From a virus (lineage: Duplodnaviria; Caudoviricetes): a stretch of 56,744 nucleotides of DNA. The translations under genes and the position numbers were made by a program. Shown one piece after another: positions 37,808 to 47,810 of this stretch (position 1 is the first letter of the stretch; the number at the start of each line of letters is the position of its first letter). The notes beneath the pieces were generated by a model. It was not told the DNA's origin, did no database searches, and saw only the letters and a program-made list of their open reading frames with translations. Location of the stretch: the IMG/VR virus record IMGVR_UViG_3300042808_000057, positions 1 to 56,744 of that record; one strand, written 5' to 3'.

Positions 37808-39086
37808 TTTTACATGGAAGACGCCGAGCCCGAAACAGGAGCAAATTCTCTATTGGTGGTATCCTGGCAACCCATACGCAAATTGCTCTTATATCGAGCT
37901 GGAAGGAGCAGTAAGAGCAGCCAAAACCATAACAGCGAGCTATTCATTTGTCAATTGGGCCACCTACACATTTGATCAGGAAGATTTAGCTCTATGCTCC
38001 AAGACCATAGGGACATGCCTAAGAAACGTAGTAAGACCTCTTAAACGCATACTTTCAGAAGAGCCAAATTATCAAGTCAAAGAGTACCGGGCCAATGCGG
38101 AAGGCCACAGGCTAGATATTACTGACATAGATCTCGATCGCACAAATTCATTTTTCATCTATGGCGGCAAAGACGAATCCAGCCAGGATCTTTTGCAGGG
38201 AAAGACCCTCGCAGGCGGCCTATTGGACGAAGTTCTCCTTTATCCTATCAGCTTTGTTAATCAGTTCCTTTCAAGGACATCCGTCGAAGGCTCTAAGGTC
38301 TGGTTTACCTTCAACCCGGAAGCACCAACCCATGAAACTTATGTTAATATCCTAGATCCCTATAAGGCGGATGGCAAGGCGTTCTATCTACACCTTACAA
38401 TGGATGACAACCCGGACCTTTCCAAAGAAGCCAGGGAACGCATAGAAGGGCAGTGGCCGATTGGCTCGGTCTGGCATAGGAGAAACGTATTAGGGCAAAG
38501 AGTCGCGGCGGAAGGCGCGGTCTTCCCCTTCTTTACCACGGATCTGAAAGATGGCTATGTAATTAACGAACTGCCCAACGATCTAACTACCTGGCTGATG
38601 GCCGGGGATTATGGCCAACAGCATTATACAGTTTATGCCCTCGTGGGTTATAGCAGCTCTCTGCAACGGTGGATCGTTGTAAAATCCTTTTTCACCAAGG
38701 ATAAGACTAATGTCGTCTATTCTCAGGAATTTAAGAGAGAGATCCTAGATTACAATGGCGGCATACCGCTTATAGAGGCTAATATTGATCCAGGCGGCGG
38801 GGGATTATCGCTCGTAAAACAATTTTCGGAAGATTACGATAACATTTCCGTTTCCTCTGCAATAAAAAAAGACGTTGCCAAAGAGATTCAAGACCTGGCT
38901 TCAGCCCTTTTCACTCACAAACTGAGCTTATACGGCCCCGGAAATAAGCAGGGAATAGAGCAATTGGTTAGCTACATGTGGAATGATACCGCCAAGCTCC
39001 GGGGCAAGGACGAACCTCTCAAGGTAAATGATGATTTCCCGGATGCTCTGCGCTACTTATGGCAAATGTGCTTGAGGTATTCTTGA
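37788..39086 (+). CDS. terL: Terminase large subunit (PBSX family)
   Basis: Walker A-like EGAVRAAKT, Walker B LLDE, TFNPEAPTH, MDDNPDL, GDYG, NDDFPDALRY. Confidence 0.93.
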   Translation: MMANKPSFTWKTPSPKQEQILYWWYPGNPYANCSYIELEGAVRAAKTITASYSFVNWATYTFDQEDLALCSKTIGTCLRNVVRPLKRILSEEPNYQVKEYRANAEGHRLDITDIDLDRTNSFFIYGGKDESSQDLLQGKTLAGGLLDEVLLYPISFVNQFLSRTSVEGSKVWFTFNPEAPTHETYVNILDPYKADGKAFYLHLTMDDNPDLSKEARERIEGQWPIGSVWHRRNVLGQRVAAEGAVFPFFTTDLKDGYVINELPNDLTTWLMAGDYGQQHYTVYALVGYSSSLQRWIVVKSFFTKDKTNVVYSQEFKREILDYNGGIPLIEANIDPGGGGLSLVKQFSEDYDNISVSSAIKKDVAKEIQDLASALFTHKLSLYGPGNKQGIEQLVSYMWNDTAKLRGKDEPLKVNDDFPDALRYLWQMCLRYS

Positions 39087-39297
39087 CGATTTGCATCTTT
39101 GACGGTAAAGAGATCACCAAGACCGAGTATCCCATCCCGATATCGGTTTTGGAATTTCAGCCGCCCACCACGCAAGACGATCATTCTGTTGATCGTTTTA
39201 CCGCAAAATACTGCTGTCAAGAATGCTATAGGAATATCCACCGGCATATTGCCGCCGCTGCCTGTTCTGCTAGTGAAAGACTCATGGAGGCCAAAGG

Positions 39298-40704
39298 ATG
39301 ATTACAAGTTTAGATATTTTCACGCAGGGCAAGCCTTGGCCGCCCAATGATGCTGATGAGACTGCCCGGCTAGCCGAACATGCCAAAAATAGGAAGCTCT
39401 ACAATGAACTCCTGACTGAGATCTTCCCGAAATATGCCGCTTATATGGGGGATAAAACCCACGACGATAAGAAGCTGGAAATAATTCTTGGAATGGCCGA
39501 GACAGCCACGACCAACTATATGGATCTCCTCTTAGGGGAAGATCCTGAGATAGTGGCACCCACTCTCTACGAATGCCCCCATGAGGAAGTATTTATAGAT
39601 GACAGCCGGTACGGTATCGGCCTCTATGAGATCTCCGAGGACGGCATAAGCGTTCTCTCTCCTGAGAATGTTTATCTTGTTACAGATCCGGGCAATATCC
39701 GCAAGGTGACTGCCTATGTGGCCTTTTCGGAGTTCAAGCAAGGCGAGAAGGCTTACGTTAAGTTTACGATCCATGAACCGGGCAGCATAAGCCACAAAGT
39801 CTATGCGATTGTAGATGGCAAGCTCGGAGAAAAGCAAGACCTGGCGGCATTTCCCGACTTCGCAGGCATAACCCTAACCAATCCTGATGAGGGACGGCAA
39901 GATACCGGCGTTGACGACCTTCTCATAGTCCGGGTGGATAACTCCCTCTCATCAGAACGCTATTATGGCCGATCTGACTACACTCCCTCAGTACATAGCC
40001 TCATCGAGGCTCTTGTGCTGTCTTTTGCTCGACGCTCTGAAGTCCTGGCTAAATTCTCGCGTCCGGTGCCGATGGTACCCGAAAGCGCAATGCGCTTCGA
40101 CCACGCAAAGCAGAGATGGGTTTTCAAGACAGAGAATGCCATAATTCTGAAGGAAGGGCAGCCAACGGCGGGCTACATGAATCCGCCTTCTTCTCTAGCA
40201 GATGTAGAGCGGGAAATAGAGCAATTGTTTACTCAGCTTTTGATGAAGTTGAAGATAAGCAAAGTGCTTCTGGCTGGAGAGAACCAGGGGCAAGCGGAAT
40301 CAGGCACTGCACTCAGGATAAGATTAATACCGACTTTGAGCAAAGTGCGTAAGTTTGCTTCGGCTCTATTGGTTGCCGCCCCTCTGGTTATGTCTCTGAA
40401 GTCCAAGTTGGATGTGGCCCTATCGCTGCCTAATGCGATTGCCTTTGAGCCTGATGAAGTCAAGATAACTTTGCAGGATGGCATTCCCTCTGACCCGATG
40501 GAAGAGGCCCAAATTGGCTTAGTGCGATCTCAGTCCATTGCTGCCCTAAAGACGGCGGGCGTGCTCGATAACAAAGCGGCCATGCGTGTCGCTATCGGCT
40601 ATGGCATCCTGACACATGAGATGCTTGCGCCATCGGACGACGCAGCACTTGAGGCGGTAATCCAGACAGTTAGTGATGATTCAATCCAGCAAGGGGGCTT
40701 TTAG
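39298..40704 (+). CDS. Portal protein (SPP1 gp6-like)
   Basis: 468 aa after the terminase; WPP, YGRSDY and ESGTALRIRL motifs. Confidence 0.88.
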   Translation: MITSLDIFTQGKPWPPNDADETARLAEHAKNRKLYNELLTEIFPKYAAYMGDKTHDDKKLEIILGMAETATTNYMDLLLGEDPEIVAPTLYECPHEEVFIDDSRYGIGLYEISEDGISVLSPENVYLVTDPGNIRKVTAYVAFSEFKQGEKAYVKFTIHEPGSISHKVYAIVDGKLGEKQDLAAFPDFAGITLTNPDEGRQDTGVDDLLIVRVDNSLSSERYYGRSDYTPSVHSLIEALVLSFARRSEVLAKFSRPVPMVPESAMRFDHAKQRWVFKTENAIILKEGQPTAGYMNPPSSLADVEREIEQLFTQLLMKLKISKVLLAGENQGQAESGTALRIRLIPTLSKVRKFASALLVAAPLVMSLKSKLDVALSLPNAIAFEPDEVKITLQDGIPSDPMEEAQIGLVRSQSIAALKTAGVLDNKAAMRVAIGYGILTHEMLAPSDDAALEAVIQTVSDDSIQQGGF

Positions 40705-41040
40705 GTGGAAAGGCAACGGCGATATGCTAGATATGCAAATATTCGTTCTCAGATGAACTATTACAATTGTTCCGAAAACGAGGCGGCTAGATTCATACCG
40801 TTTGAAGCTGATATATTCAGAAAACGAAATGGTATTCCTTCTCCCTCAGAAGAAAGATGGCGCAGAATCATGGGCGGCGAGGATGATATTTAATGTCTCT
40901 GCATAACGGTTCGTCTAAATCTACCAATAGACGAAATAAGGACAAACTGAGAGAAGAACCTAAAGAGAAAACTGCGAAACTTACAAAGAAGCGTTTTTCC
41001 TGATTATCAAGGTTACGCATACCTAATGCGGTGAATAATT

Positions 41041-41676
41041 ATGGTTGATGAAATTAACGAGCAGACTTCCAGCTCTAAATTGGAAGGCGATTCCACGTCA
41101 GAATCTAAAACAAAGACGGAAAAGAAACTTGAATTTTCACAAGACGAATTGGATAAGAAATTTGCGGAGCGACAGAAGCGCGGAGAAGACGCCGCTGCAA
41201 AGCGTTTCCAAAAGCAAATAGACGATCTCAATTCGCAAATTGAGGAGTTCAAAGGGAAAGACCTGGGCGAACTGGATAAGCTCAAAAACAAGGTCGAAAA
41301 GCTGACCAAAGATCTGAATGAAAAGGATACTGAGCTATCTGGCATTCTCCTAAAGAACGCAAAGATGGAAGCCCTACTCAACGCGGGCATTCCATCGGCA
41401 AAGATCCCCAAGCTCCTCAAAAGAGTATCAGGCACGACTCCTGAAGAAATCCAGTCGGACGTTCTTGAACTTATTGAGGATCTGAAACTTATCGAGCCGG
41501 GCCCGGAAACACCTCATAAGGGCGCAAAGGGCAGCGGCCATCAGAAGGTGAATGATCCTCCAGGCGTTAAGACATTCACAAGAAAACAACTTGCCGCCAT
41601 GACGGGCGAAGAATACGAAACAAATCGGGCAGACATCATGAAATCGATGGAAGCAGGCAAGATAACGGAAGGTTAA
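41041..41676 (+). CDS. Capsid scaffolding protein
   Basis: FSQDELDK, coiled coil, C-terminal MTGEEYE..IMKSMEAGKI; directly before the capsid gene. Confidence 0.85.
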   Translation: MVDEINEQTSSSKLEGDSTSESKTKTEKKLEFSQDELDKKFAERQKRGEDAAAKRFQKQIDDLNSQIEEFKGKDLGELDKLKNKVEKLTKDLNEKDTELSGILLKNAKMEALLNAGIPSAKIPKLLKRVSGTTPEEIQSDVLELIEDLKLIEPGPETPHKGAKGSGHQKVNDPPGVKTFTRKQLAAMTGEEYETNRADIMKSMEAGKITEG

Positions 41677-41680
41677 TTTT

Positions 41681-42547
41681 ATGGGACTTGGAAATTTTAT
41701 ACCTGAGATATGGTCTAACGAAGTACAAAGGAACTTAGAGAAGTTCCTTGTCTTCGGACAGGCTGGAATTGTAAATCGTGATTATGAAGGGCTTATTTCC
41801 GGCGCGGGTGACACCGTTAAGATTAACGGTATTGGCCCGGTGACTGTCAAGACCTACACCAAGAACACTGACATTGCCGACCCCGAAACCCTCACGGATG
41901 CCCAAACCACCCTCCTGATCGATCAGCAGGATTACTTCAACTTCCAGGTTGATGACATAGACCGGGCGCAGCAGGCCCCTAAGATCATGGCCGCCGCAAT
42001 GGCCGAAGCATCCTATGCACTCAGGGACGGCGTTGACCAGTTCTTAGCATCCTTCTATACGGATGCCAGCGCAAGCAACCTGGTAGGCTCCGATGCATCC
42101 CCCAAGGTGCCGAATAACACCGCCGGGGATGCTCAGAACGTCTACAATCTCCTGGTAGATTGTGCGGTCAAACTGACTGATAGCAAAGTTCCGACTGAGG
42201 GTCGATGGGTAATCGTTCCTCCCTGGTTCTATGGCAGGCTCCTCAAAGAGCCCAATTTCATAGATGCTTCCAAGGCAGGCACCACAGCGGGCCTGAGAAA
42301 TGGCCAGGTTGGGCAGGCGGCAGGATTCCAGATCCTGCAATCTCATAACGTGCCCAACACCGGAGCCACAAAGTACAAGATCATGTTCGGAACCAGCCGC
42401 GCCCTCTCCTTTGCCAATCAGATCGTCAAGGTGGAGCCCTACCGGGTGGAGAAGAGGTTTGCCGATGCCGTAAAGGGCCTGAATGTGTACGGCGCAAAGG
42501 TAGTTAGACCTGAAGCCCTTGGCGTTCTGACTTGCAATACTGCTTAG
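41681..42547 (+). CDS. Major capsid protein (HK97 fold, P22 gp5-like family)
   Basis: NFIPEIWS..VNRDYEG..GDTVKI..FADAVKGLNVYGAKVVRPEAL. Confidence 0.93.
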   Translation: MGLGNFIPEIWSNEVQRNLEKFLVFGQAGIVNRDYEGLISGAGDTVKINGIGPVTVKTYTKNTDIADPETLTDAQTTLLIDQQDYFNFQVDDIDRAQQAPKIMAAAMAEASYALRDGVDQFLASFYTDASASNLVGSDASPKVPNNTAGDAQNVYNLLVDCAVKLTDSKVPTEGRWVIVPPWFYGRLLKEPNFIDASKAGTTAGLRNGQVGQAAGFQILQSHNVPNTGATKYKIMFGTSRALSFANQIVKVEPYRVEKRFADAVKGLNVYGAKVVRPEALGVLTCNTA

Positions 42548-42558
42548 GAGGTGCTGAA

Positions 42559-42996
42559 ATGAGACAAATCCTTATTCTTTTCATTGCATTTCTGGCAATG
42601 ATCGGTATGGCCGGGGCAACCGATACCGCGATTACGGCAGCGGTGGCACTCGATGATTACAATGATTATGCGTCCGCACCTTCCGGTTGGACTACACTAA
42701 ACGGCAACGGCTCAATTAATTCCTATGTGTGGCCTGCCGGATACGAGCTTATCCTGATGGCCAATGTGACGGGCATACTTGATGATAATTATCTGTCAAT
42801 CATCGCAGGAGATAACCCGCCTGCATTCCGGTCTATGCTCGGAAATATGACGATCTCGGATTGGACGGATGGTGGAAATGAGGTGCGCTACATCGGCCCG
42901 CTGGAGTCTGCAAGATTCATCAATGATACGGGCTACCTGACCATATCCAGCCTCAATCTGACGGGCAAGGTGGCCATCCTGAAGGTAAAAGGATGA
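42559..42996 (+). CDS. Capsid decoration-like protein with N-terminal signal peptide
   Basis: GGAGGTG RBS; MRQILILFIAFLAMIGMAGA; AGDNPPAF..G..IGPLESARF motif recalled from proteins encoded after capsid genes of this type. Confidence 0.65.
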   Translation: MRQILILFIAFLAMIGMAGATDTAITAAVALDDYNDYASAPSGWTTLNGNGSINSYVWPAGYELILMANVTGILDDNYLSIIAGDNPPAFRSMLGNMTISDWTDGGNEVRYIGPLESARFINDTGYLTISSLNLTGKVAILKVKG

Positions 42997-43127
42997 TCTA
43001 CAAGAATAAGCGCACCGGGGCGGTTTGGGAGGTTCCCGGCGGATCTCCCGCCGCCAACAGGATAGCCGCCAATCCCAACGAATACGAGATTGTAGAGGAG
43101 AAAAAGAAGAAGGGGGCCCCTGAGTGA
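42993..43127 (+). CDS. Small head-associated protein (44 aa; not in ORF track)
   Basis: MIYKNKRTGAVWEV..NEYEIVEE; overlaps both neighbours. Confidence 0.6.
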   Translation: MIYKNKRTGAVWEVPGGSPAANRIAANPNEYEIVEEKKKKGAPE

Positions 43128-43438
43128 CGGCCCCCGATAACTTCCCGGACATGGGCCGGGCGATCGTGGTCGCGCTGGAAAATATGGCCACGGCGCTTGC
43201 CGTCAATTCCAATCAGGGCGAAGGTAGCATAGTGGCCGGGGCAAACTATGCCGACGTGACGCATTCGCTTGGCGCGGTTCCTACGTTCATTGCCATCACT
43301 CCTGAGACTGGTTTGGATGCGCCTTATGAGATTGTGCGAGCAAGCACTTCAGCAACCATTTTCAGAGTGGCCTATAAAGGCGGGCTAACCCAACCGGCAG
43401 GAACTACGGGATACTTCTTGTGGAGGGCAATCGAATGA
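43124..43438 (+). CDS. Small beta-rich virion protein
   Basis: VTHSLGAVPTFIAITP..FLWRA, typical of fibre-tip-like domains. Confidence 0.6.
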   Translation: MTAPDNFPDMGRAIVVALENMATALAVNSNQGEGSIVAGANYADVTHSLGAVPTFIAITPETGLDAPYEIVRASTSATIFRVAYKGGLTQPAGTTGYFLWRAIE

Positions 43439-44226
43439 TTAAGAAACTTCTTATAATGTTCTTGCTGCTATCGGTTGCTTCTGCCTATCAGCTACCAAGT
43501 ACATACGTGAATGGCGGGCTGAATGTCAAGAATACATCGGCCCTGAATGTCACCACTGCAACCACGTTGGCGGTTTCCGGCACCACGGACCTGAATGGCG
43601 CAACCACTGCCGCAAATATTACGCTCGATGCCAACAAAAGCATAGTGTTGTCTGGCACAGGCAGGATAAGTGGCGCGGCTTCCGTGAGTGCAACCGCTTT
43701 GGCGGGCGAGCTAACCGGAAATGTCACCGGCACAGGAACTTTGCAAGGCGAACAAATCACATCCACCGACGATATAACAGCGGGCGGCATAATCCGCGGC
43801 GAGCACCTGACCAGCACCGATGATGCCACCGTTTACGATACGCTCACCACAGATCACATTTGGGTAAATGAATCGTCTGATTTCCTCGGAGAAATCGAGG
43901 CATCGGTGGCGATAGACCGCACGCCGTATGAAATCGATGTTAATACAAGCATCTCGGACAGTAATATTCCTGGCCTGTATTTTGTCGGTAATGCCAGTGT
44001 CAATCAGTCTATTGAGTTGCCTACTGCTGCTGCTGGAGATGGAACGACCTTAACCTTTGTGGTCGCAACCGATCCTGGGTCGTTTTACTTTATCTTGGAA
44101 GGAGCAGGGTCCGAAAAGATCAACGGTGCCGCAAATAAGATGTCTACTGCGCTGTATGATGTAATCGAGGTTACAAGCAACGGTACGGCCTGGTTTGTAA
44201 CGGATAGTGTGGGAACTTGGGCATAG
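43435..44226 (+). CDS. Head fibre / decoration protein with N-terminal signal peptide
   Basis: MIKKLLIMFLLLSVASA; repeats GE(Q/H)(I/L)TSTDD; C-terminal LPTAAAGDG..KING..SNGTAW beta-sandwich. Confidence 0.65.
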   Translation: MIKKLLIMFLLLSVASAYQLPSTYVNGGLNVKNTSALNVTTATTLAVSGTTDLNGATTAANITLDANKSIVLSGTGRISGAASVSATALAGELTGNVTGTGTLQGEQITSTDDITAGGIIRGEHLTSTDDATVYDTLTTDHIWVNESSDFLGEIEASVAIDRTPYEIDVNTSISDSNIPGLYFVGNASVNQSIELPTAAAGDGTTLTFVVATDPGSFYFILEGAGSEKINGAANKMSTALYDVIEVTSNGTAWFVTDSVGTWA

Positions 44227-44254
44227 TTCCTATTATTATTTTTGGTGAATTATA

Positions 44255-44794
44255 ATGACTGATACTGCCGTTTCTGATAGCTACGTCGCGACCGTTGAAG
44301 CGGCGGATGCGTTTTTTGCAAAGAAAATGAGCGCCGCGACTTGGGCACTTTCGACAACTACCTCTGCGATCAAGGCCAAAGCATTACAGGAGGCCACGGC
44401 CATAATTGATGCCCTGCCCCTGGCAGGCTATCGCTTTGAGTCTCATTACCTGAAAAATGGCACCCAATACGACCTCAACCAGGATGGCCTAACCCAAACG
44501 CTAGAATTTCCAAGAGTCATCGATGGGGTCACGGTGGATTATGATTTTGCTACTGATCTGCCATTGGTGCCGCAAGCGGTGAAAGATGCATGTTGCTGGA
44601 TAGCTCTCTCTCTGATTGATGCTGATTCGGATATCTCCGAGAAGTCCTTGCAAGAGGCTGGCATACAATCTTTCAGCCGGGGCAAACTTTCTGTGACCTT
44701 TGTTAGCGGCGCTGCAAATCGATTTCTCGGATTGCCTCAGAAGGCTTACGACTTGCTGAAGAAGTTCTTAGATCAAACTCCGGTGGTTCTGTGA
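44255..44794 (+). CDS. Head-tail adaptor protein
   Basis: DSYVATVEAADAFF..ALQEATAIID..LEFPR..VPQAVKDACCWIAL. Confidence 0.8.
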   Translation: MTDTAVSDSYVATVEAADAFFAKKMSAATWALSTTTSAIKAKALQEATAIIDALPLAGYRFESHYLKNGTQYDLNQDGLTQTLEFPRVIDGVTVDYDFATDLPLVPQAVKDACCWIALSLIDADSDISEKSLQEAGIQSFSRGKLSVTFVSGAANRFLGLPQKAYDLLKKFLDQTPVVL

Positions 44795-45336
44795 AAATCC
44801 TTACCTTCCCGGATGCCGCCTACATCGTCACCAAGGCCCCCGTAACCTTCCATAACGGTGTTTCTTCTGCGAACTTAACACTTACTGGAACATGGCCCGC
44901 AAACGGCTCTAAGATCGCTATAACGGCCTCTGCGATCACGGGTCACGCGGATTGTAGCGGCACTCTGGTAATCAATGGGACTGAGACGATAACTTTTACT
45001 CAGGCAGGACGGAAAACAAATACTGTGAACCTGACTGCCCGGCCTGCTATCACCACATCAAACTTAGACTGCAATCTCCTGATCACCTGCCTGGATTCGG
45101 GGCTTGCTCCTATCGAAACCGAAACTGCCGCCGCCACCAAGATCCAATTTGAGAATACCTCTTCGGGCTTTTTCAATTCTCAAGGAGTCTGGACGGTCTA
45201 TTCTGGTAGTTATGCACTTTGCAAGGATGCCGCGATAGTTAGCGATGTCTTGCGATATGGCTCGGACATGATTATCAAAAAGGTGGACGTAGAAAAATGG
45301 TTTAGCAAAATTCTGTATTATATTTTCTACCTATGA
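44791..45336 (+). CDS. Head closure-like protein
   Basis: Position after the adaptor; beta-rich sequence. Confidence 0.5.
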   Translation: MKILTFPDAAYIVTKAPVTFHNGVSSANLTLTGTWPANGSKIAITASAITGHADCSGTLVINGTETITFTQAGRKTNTVNLTARPAITTSNLDCNLLITCLDSGLAPIETETAAATKIQFENTSSGFFNSQGVWTVYSGSYALCKDAAIVSDVLRYGSDMIIKKVDVEKWFSKILYYIFYL

Positions 45337-45469
45337 GGGCATATTTGCGGTGCAACTGCCATCTTTACCCGGCCCCTGATCCTTTTTGCAAAATTTGTTT
45401 CCGGCAATTTGATGCCCAAATGCGAGAGAAATGGGATAGTAAAGATAAGAATTACGAGATGAATAATAG

Positions 45470-45889
45470 ATGCCTAATATCGAAATAATTTGTCCCATCT
45501 GTGAAAAAGACATCTCACTCACAGAACGGGAAATAAAGCTCGCAGTGCGAGCGAAAAAGGACACCGGCGGCATGATCCTGGTTAGCTGCCCCGAATGTTG
45601 CCGTGTGCTCAGAATCGCCTCCGAGGTGCCTGATGACATCACGGAATGGATAGCAGAAGCTGCGGAAGATCCTGATCAATGCTGCCCATGCGTGCCCATG
45701 CTGGACTCCACCCAGGAACAGATACCTAACGGCTCCTATGCTGATCTAGGGGTTACGTTCTACCGGCCTGGAAACGGTGGCAAGCCGATGAAGAAAAGAG
45801 CATACATGACGACTTATGGCATAAATCCTGAATGCCACATGGCAAAGAATCCGGGGCTGGGCGGCAAGCCCTTCAAGATAGGAGACTAA
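45470..45889 (+). CDS. Zinc-finger protein
   Basis: CPIC..CPECC..CCPC. Confidence 0.65.
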   Translation: MPNIEIICPICEKDISLTEREIKLAVRAKKDTGGMILVSCPECCRVLRIASEVPDDITEWIAEAAEDPDQCCPCVPMLDSTQEQIPNGSYADLGVTFYRPGNGGKPMKKRAYMTTYGINPECHMAKNPGLGGKPFKIGD

Positions 45890-46037
45890 ATCATGAGACT
45901 GTCAATTCTGCTAAGATGTGGTGCAGCATGAAAGCGGAACCTGGCGAGGAGATCTATGAGAAGGGCGGCAAGCGATATGTTATCAGGTGGTCGAATCGCC
46001 TGCCCGGCGAGCAAGAACCAATTGAGGTGGAAGTAGA

Positions 46038-46196
46038 ATGAAATACAAAATTCGGAAGGATTTCGAGTACGGGTCGGTCTCCGATCCGCAAAAAATGGTA
46101 GCGGGCAACGTATTTGAGGCGGATACCCTGGAGGAGGCCACGCCGGAAAGGCTGGCGAAGTGGGTAGAGATGGGATGGGTTGAGGCGGTGGAATAG
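46038..46196 (+). CDS. Small hypothetical protein (52 aa; not in ORF track)
   Basis: GAGGTG RBS; MKYKIRKDFEYG..LAKWVEMGWVE. Confidence 0.55.
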   Translation: MKYKIRKDFEYGSVSDPQKMVAGNVFEADTLEEATPERLAKWVEMGWVEAVE

Positions 46197-46400
46197 ATGG
46201 CAAACGGCGAAGGCTTCAAAATGGCAATCGTATTGATCGTAAGCTTCATGCTTATGGCTATTGCGTCATTTGCCCTGATTTATATGGGCAGGGTGGATAT
46301 ATCCACCCTGAAAGAGATATACATCGGCCTTGGCACGCTGGCGGCAATGTTTGGCATACCGGGGATAATCGCGTCTTGGGTGACTACGAGGACAGCATGA
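46197..46400 (+). CDS. Two-TM membrane protein (holin candidate)
   Basis: Two hydrophobic helices in 67 aa near the end of the late operon. Confidence 0.55.
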   Translation: MANGEGFKMAIVLIVSFMLMAIASFALIYMGRVDISTLKEIYIGLGTLAAMFGIPGIIASWVTTRTA

Positions 46401-46792
46401 AGCAATTCCTAGTGACTTTAGGCGATGACGGCTTAATTCAGGATATGGAAGAGCTGCCCGATGAGGAAAAGGATGTCTGCGAGGGTTGCGAAGAGTTGCG
46501 AGATGCCACGTTAAGCGGCTTCCGAGAGCTGCGGGAAGAAATTGCGGTCCTGAAGCAGTCCATCCAGGACCATAAGAAGGTGATTAAGGAACTGCAATCT
46601 GCGAACTATCGCCCGGTTTACATTCCCTTTCCAGAGCCGTATCCCGCGCCGTTGCCGCCTACCATCTACGAATATACCGTAACATGTAGCAAGATTTGAG
46701 GCAAGGAATCCCGATGACACTACCATCAAGACACCTTGCCGATAGGCTATACAGCGATTGCCGATATATATTTTTCGCTCGGAGGTGCCAAA

Positions 46793-47026
46793 TTGACACC
46801 TGACGAAGATACCGACGTGTCGATTGCATCGATGGCAAAGGACATCGAGTACATCAGGCTCAAAATAACCGATCACTGCAACGACATGAGGGACATAAAG
46901 ACCGAACAAAAAAACACCAATATTCGGGTATCCTCTTTAGAGAATTTTAAGTCACAGGCAACCGCGATAGGCTGTTTAATTATTCTGATTATTGGCTGGA
47001 TTATCTCGCTTCTGAAGGTGCTATGA
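46793..47026 (+). CDS. Coiled-coil protein with C-terminal TM helix (lysis-associated candidate)
   Basis: GGAGGTG RBS before TTG; RVSSLENFKSQ followed by a hydrophobic helix. Confidence 0.5.
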   Translation: MTPDEDTDVSIASMAKDIEYIRLKITDHCNDMRDIKTEQKNTNIRVSSLENFKSQATAIGCLIILIIGWIISLLKVL

Positions 47027-47153
47027 TGCGATTCATAGATTGCGATTTCAACCAGATTGTACCAACCTGGCCGCCGGAAGACATCATGAAGATGATGACA
47101 ATATGTCAAAATGCGCTGGCATTTCCGCGACAAAGATATCCCAAAATTCAGGG

Positions 47154-47180
47154 AGCCGAGTGAGACGGCACCCGGCTTTT
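47154..47180 (+). terminator. Hairpin plus T-tract between convergent transcription units
   Basis: AGCCGAGTG..CACCCGGCT followed by TTT. Confidence 0.45.
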
Positions 47181-47364
47181 ATAATCCCTCAAATTCAAAC
47201 CCAAACTTGTCTCGGTGCGTAATCATGAGTTTTCCGATAGCCAATTCGGGCCATTTGCCACAGCCCCAAATTTCCTTATGACCTTCCAGATATGCCATAT
47301 AGTCATCTGATCGCTTCTCGATGATGATCCTCATTCTTCCTCCTTTGCTTCCCATCCCTTGCAA
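47179..47364 (-). CDS. HicB-like small protein
   Basis: IIIEKRSDDYMAYL..WGCGKWPELAI. Confidence 0.5.
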   Translation of the reverse strand: MQGMGSKGGRMRIIIEKRSDDYMAYLEGHKEIWGCGKWPELAIGKLMITHRDKFGFEFEGL

Positions 47365-47810
47365 GAATCTCTCTCATTCACCAGGCCAAAATCCGGGCAT
47401 GCCATATCTGAATCCCGGCCCCGGTAATCTTCAGGATGTGGGATGGCATGGCGACAGGTTAGGCAGGTGGGCATTTCAGATCGCCCCGATTGCCGCCAAA
47501 TGCTTCTTCGCCTTTTCCTGGTACATCACCCGGACCTTCTCGCCAGTCGAGGCGTTAGGCTCTGTGTCGAAGTCCCACACATCATATAACGATTGAGGTA
47601 CTTTCCCATTTACCATATCACGAAAGAAGATGGCCTTGGCGGCCTCTTCGATCAATACATCCATCATGATCATTTCCGCACTTCCCTATACCAATCCGCA
47701 ATCTTCCCCAATTCGGCCTCTGTCATCGGCTCTTCCGGGGGCTGCGATGCGCAGCCGGAGCAATCGGAGCCATGCAGGCCACAGATGGTGCAGTCGTCTA
47801 TCATGTTTCC

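Noticed and set aside
37890-37930. Inactive terminase due to the Walker A variant GAVRAAKT
   Set aside because: The Lys-Thr pair, Walker B and nuclease acidic residues are intact, so this is probably a tolerated variant.
41681-42547. Amber (pyrrolysine) recoding of the genome
   Set aside because: TAG ends the capsid gene and several others at expected lengths with the next gene following closely, and no core gene appears broken by TAG.
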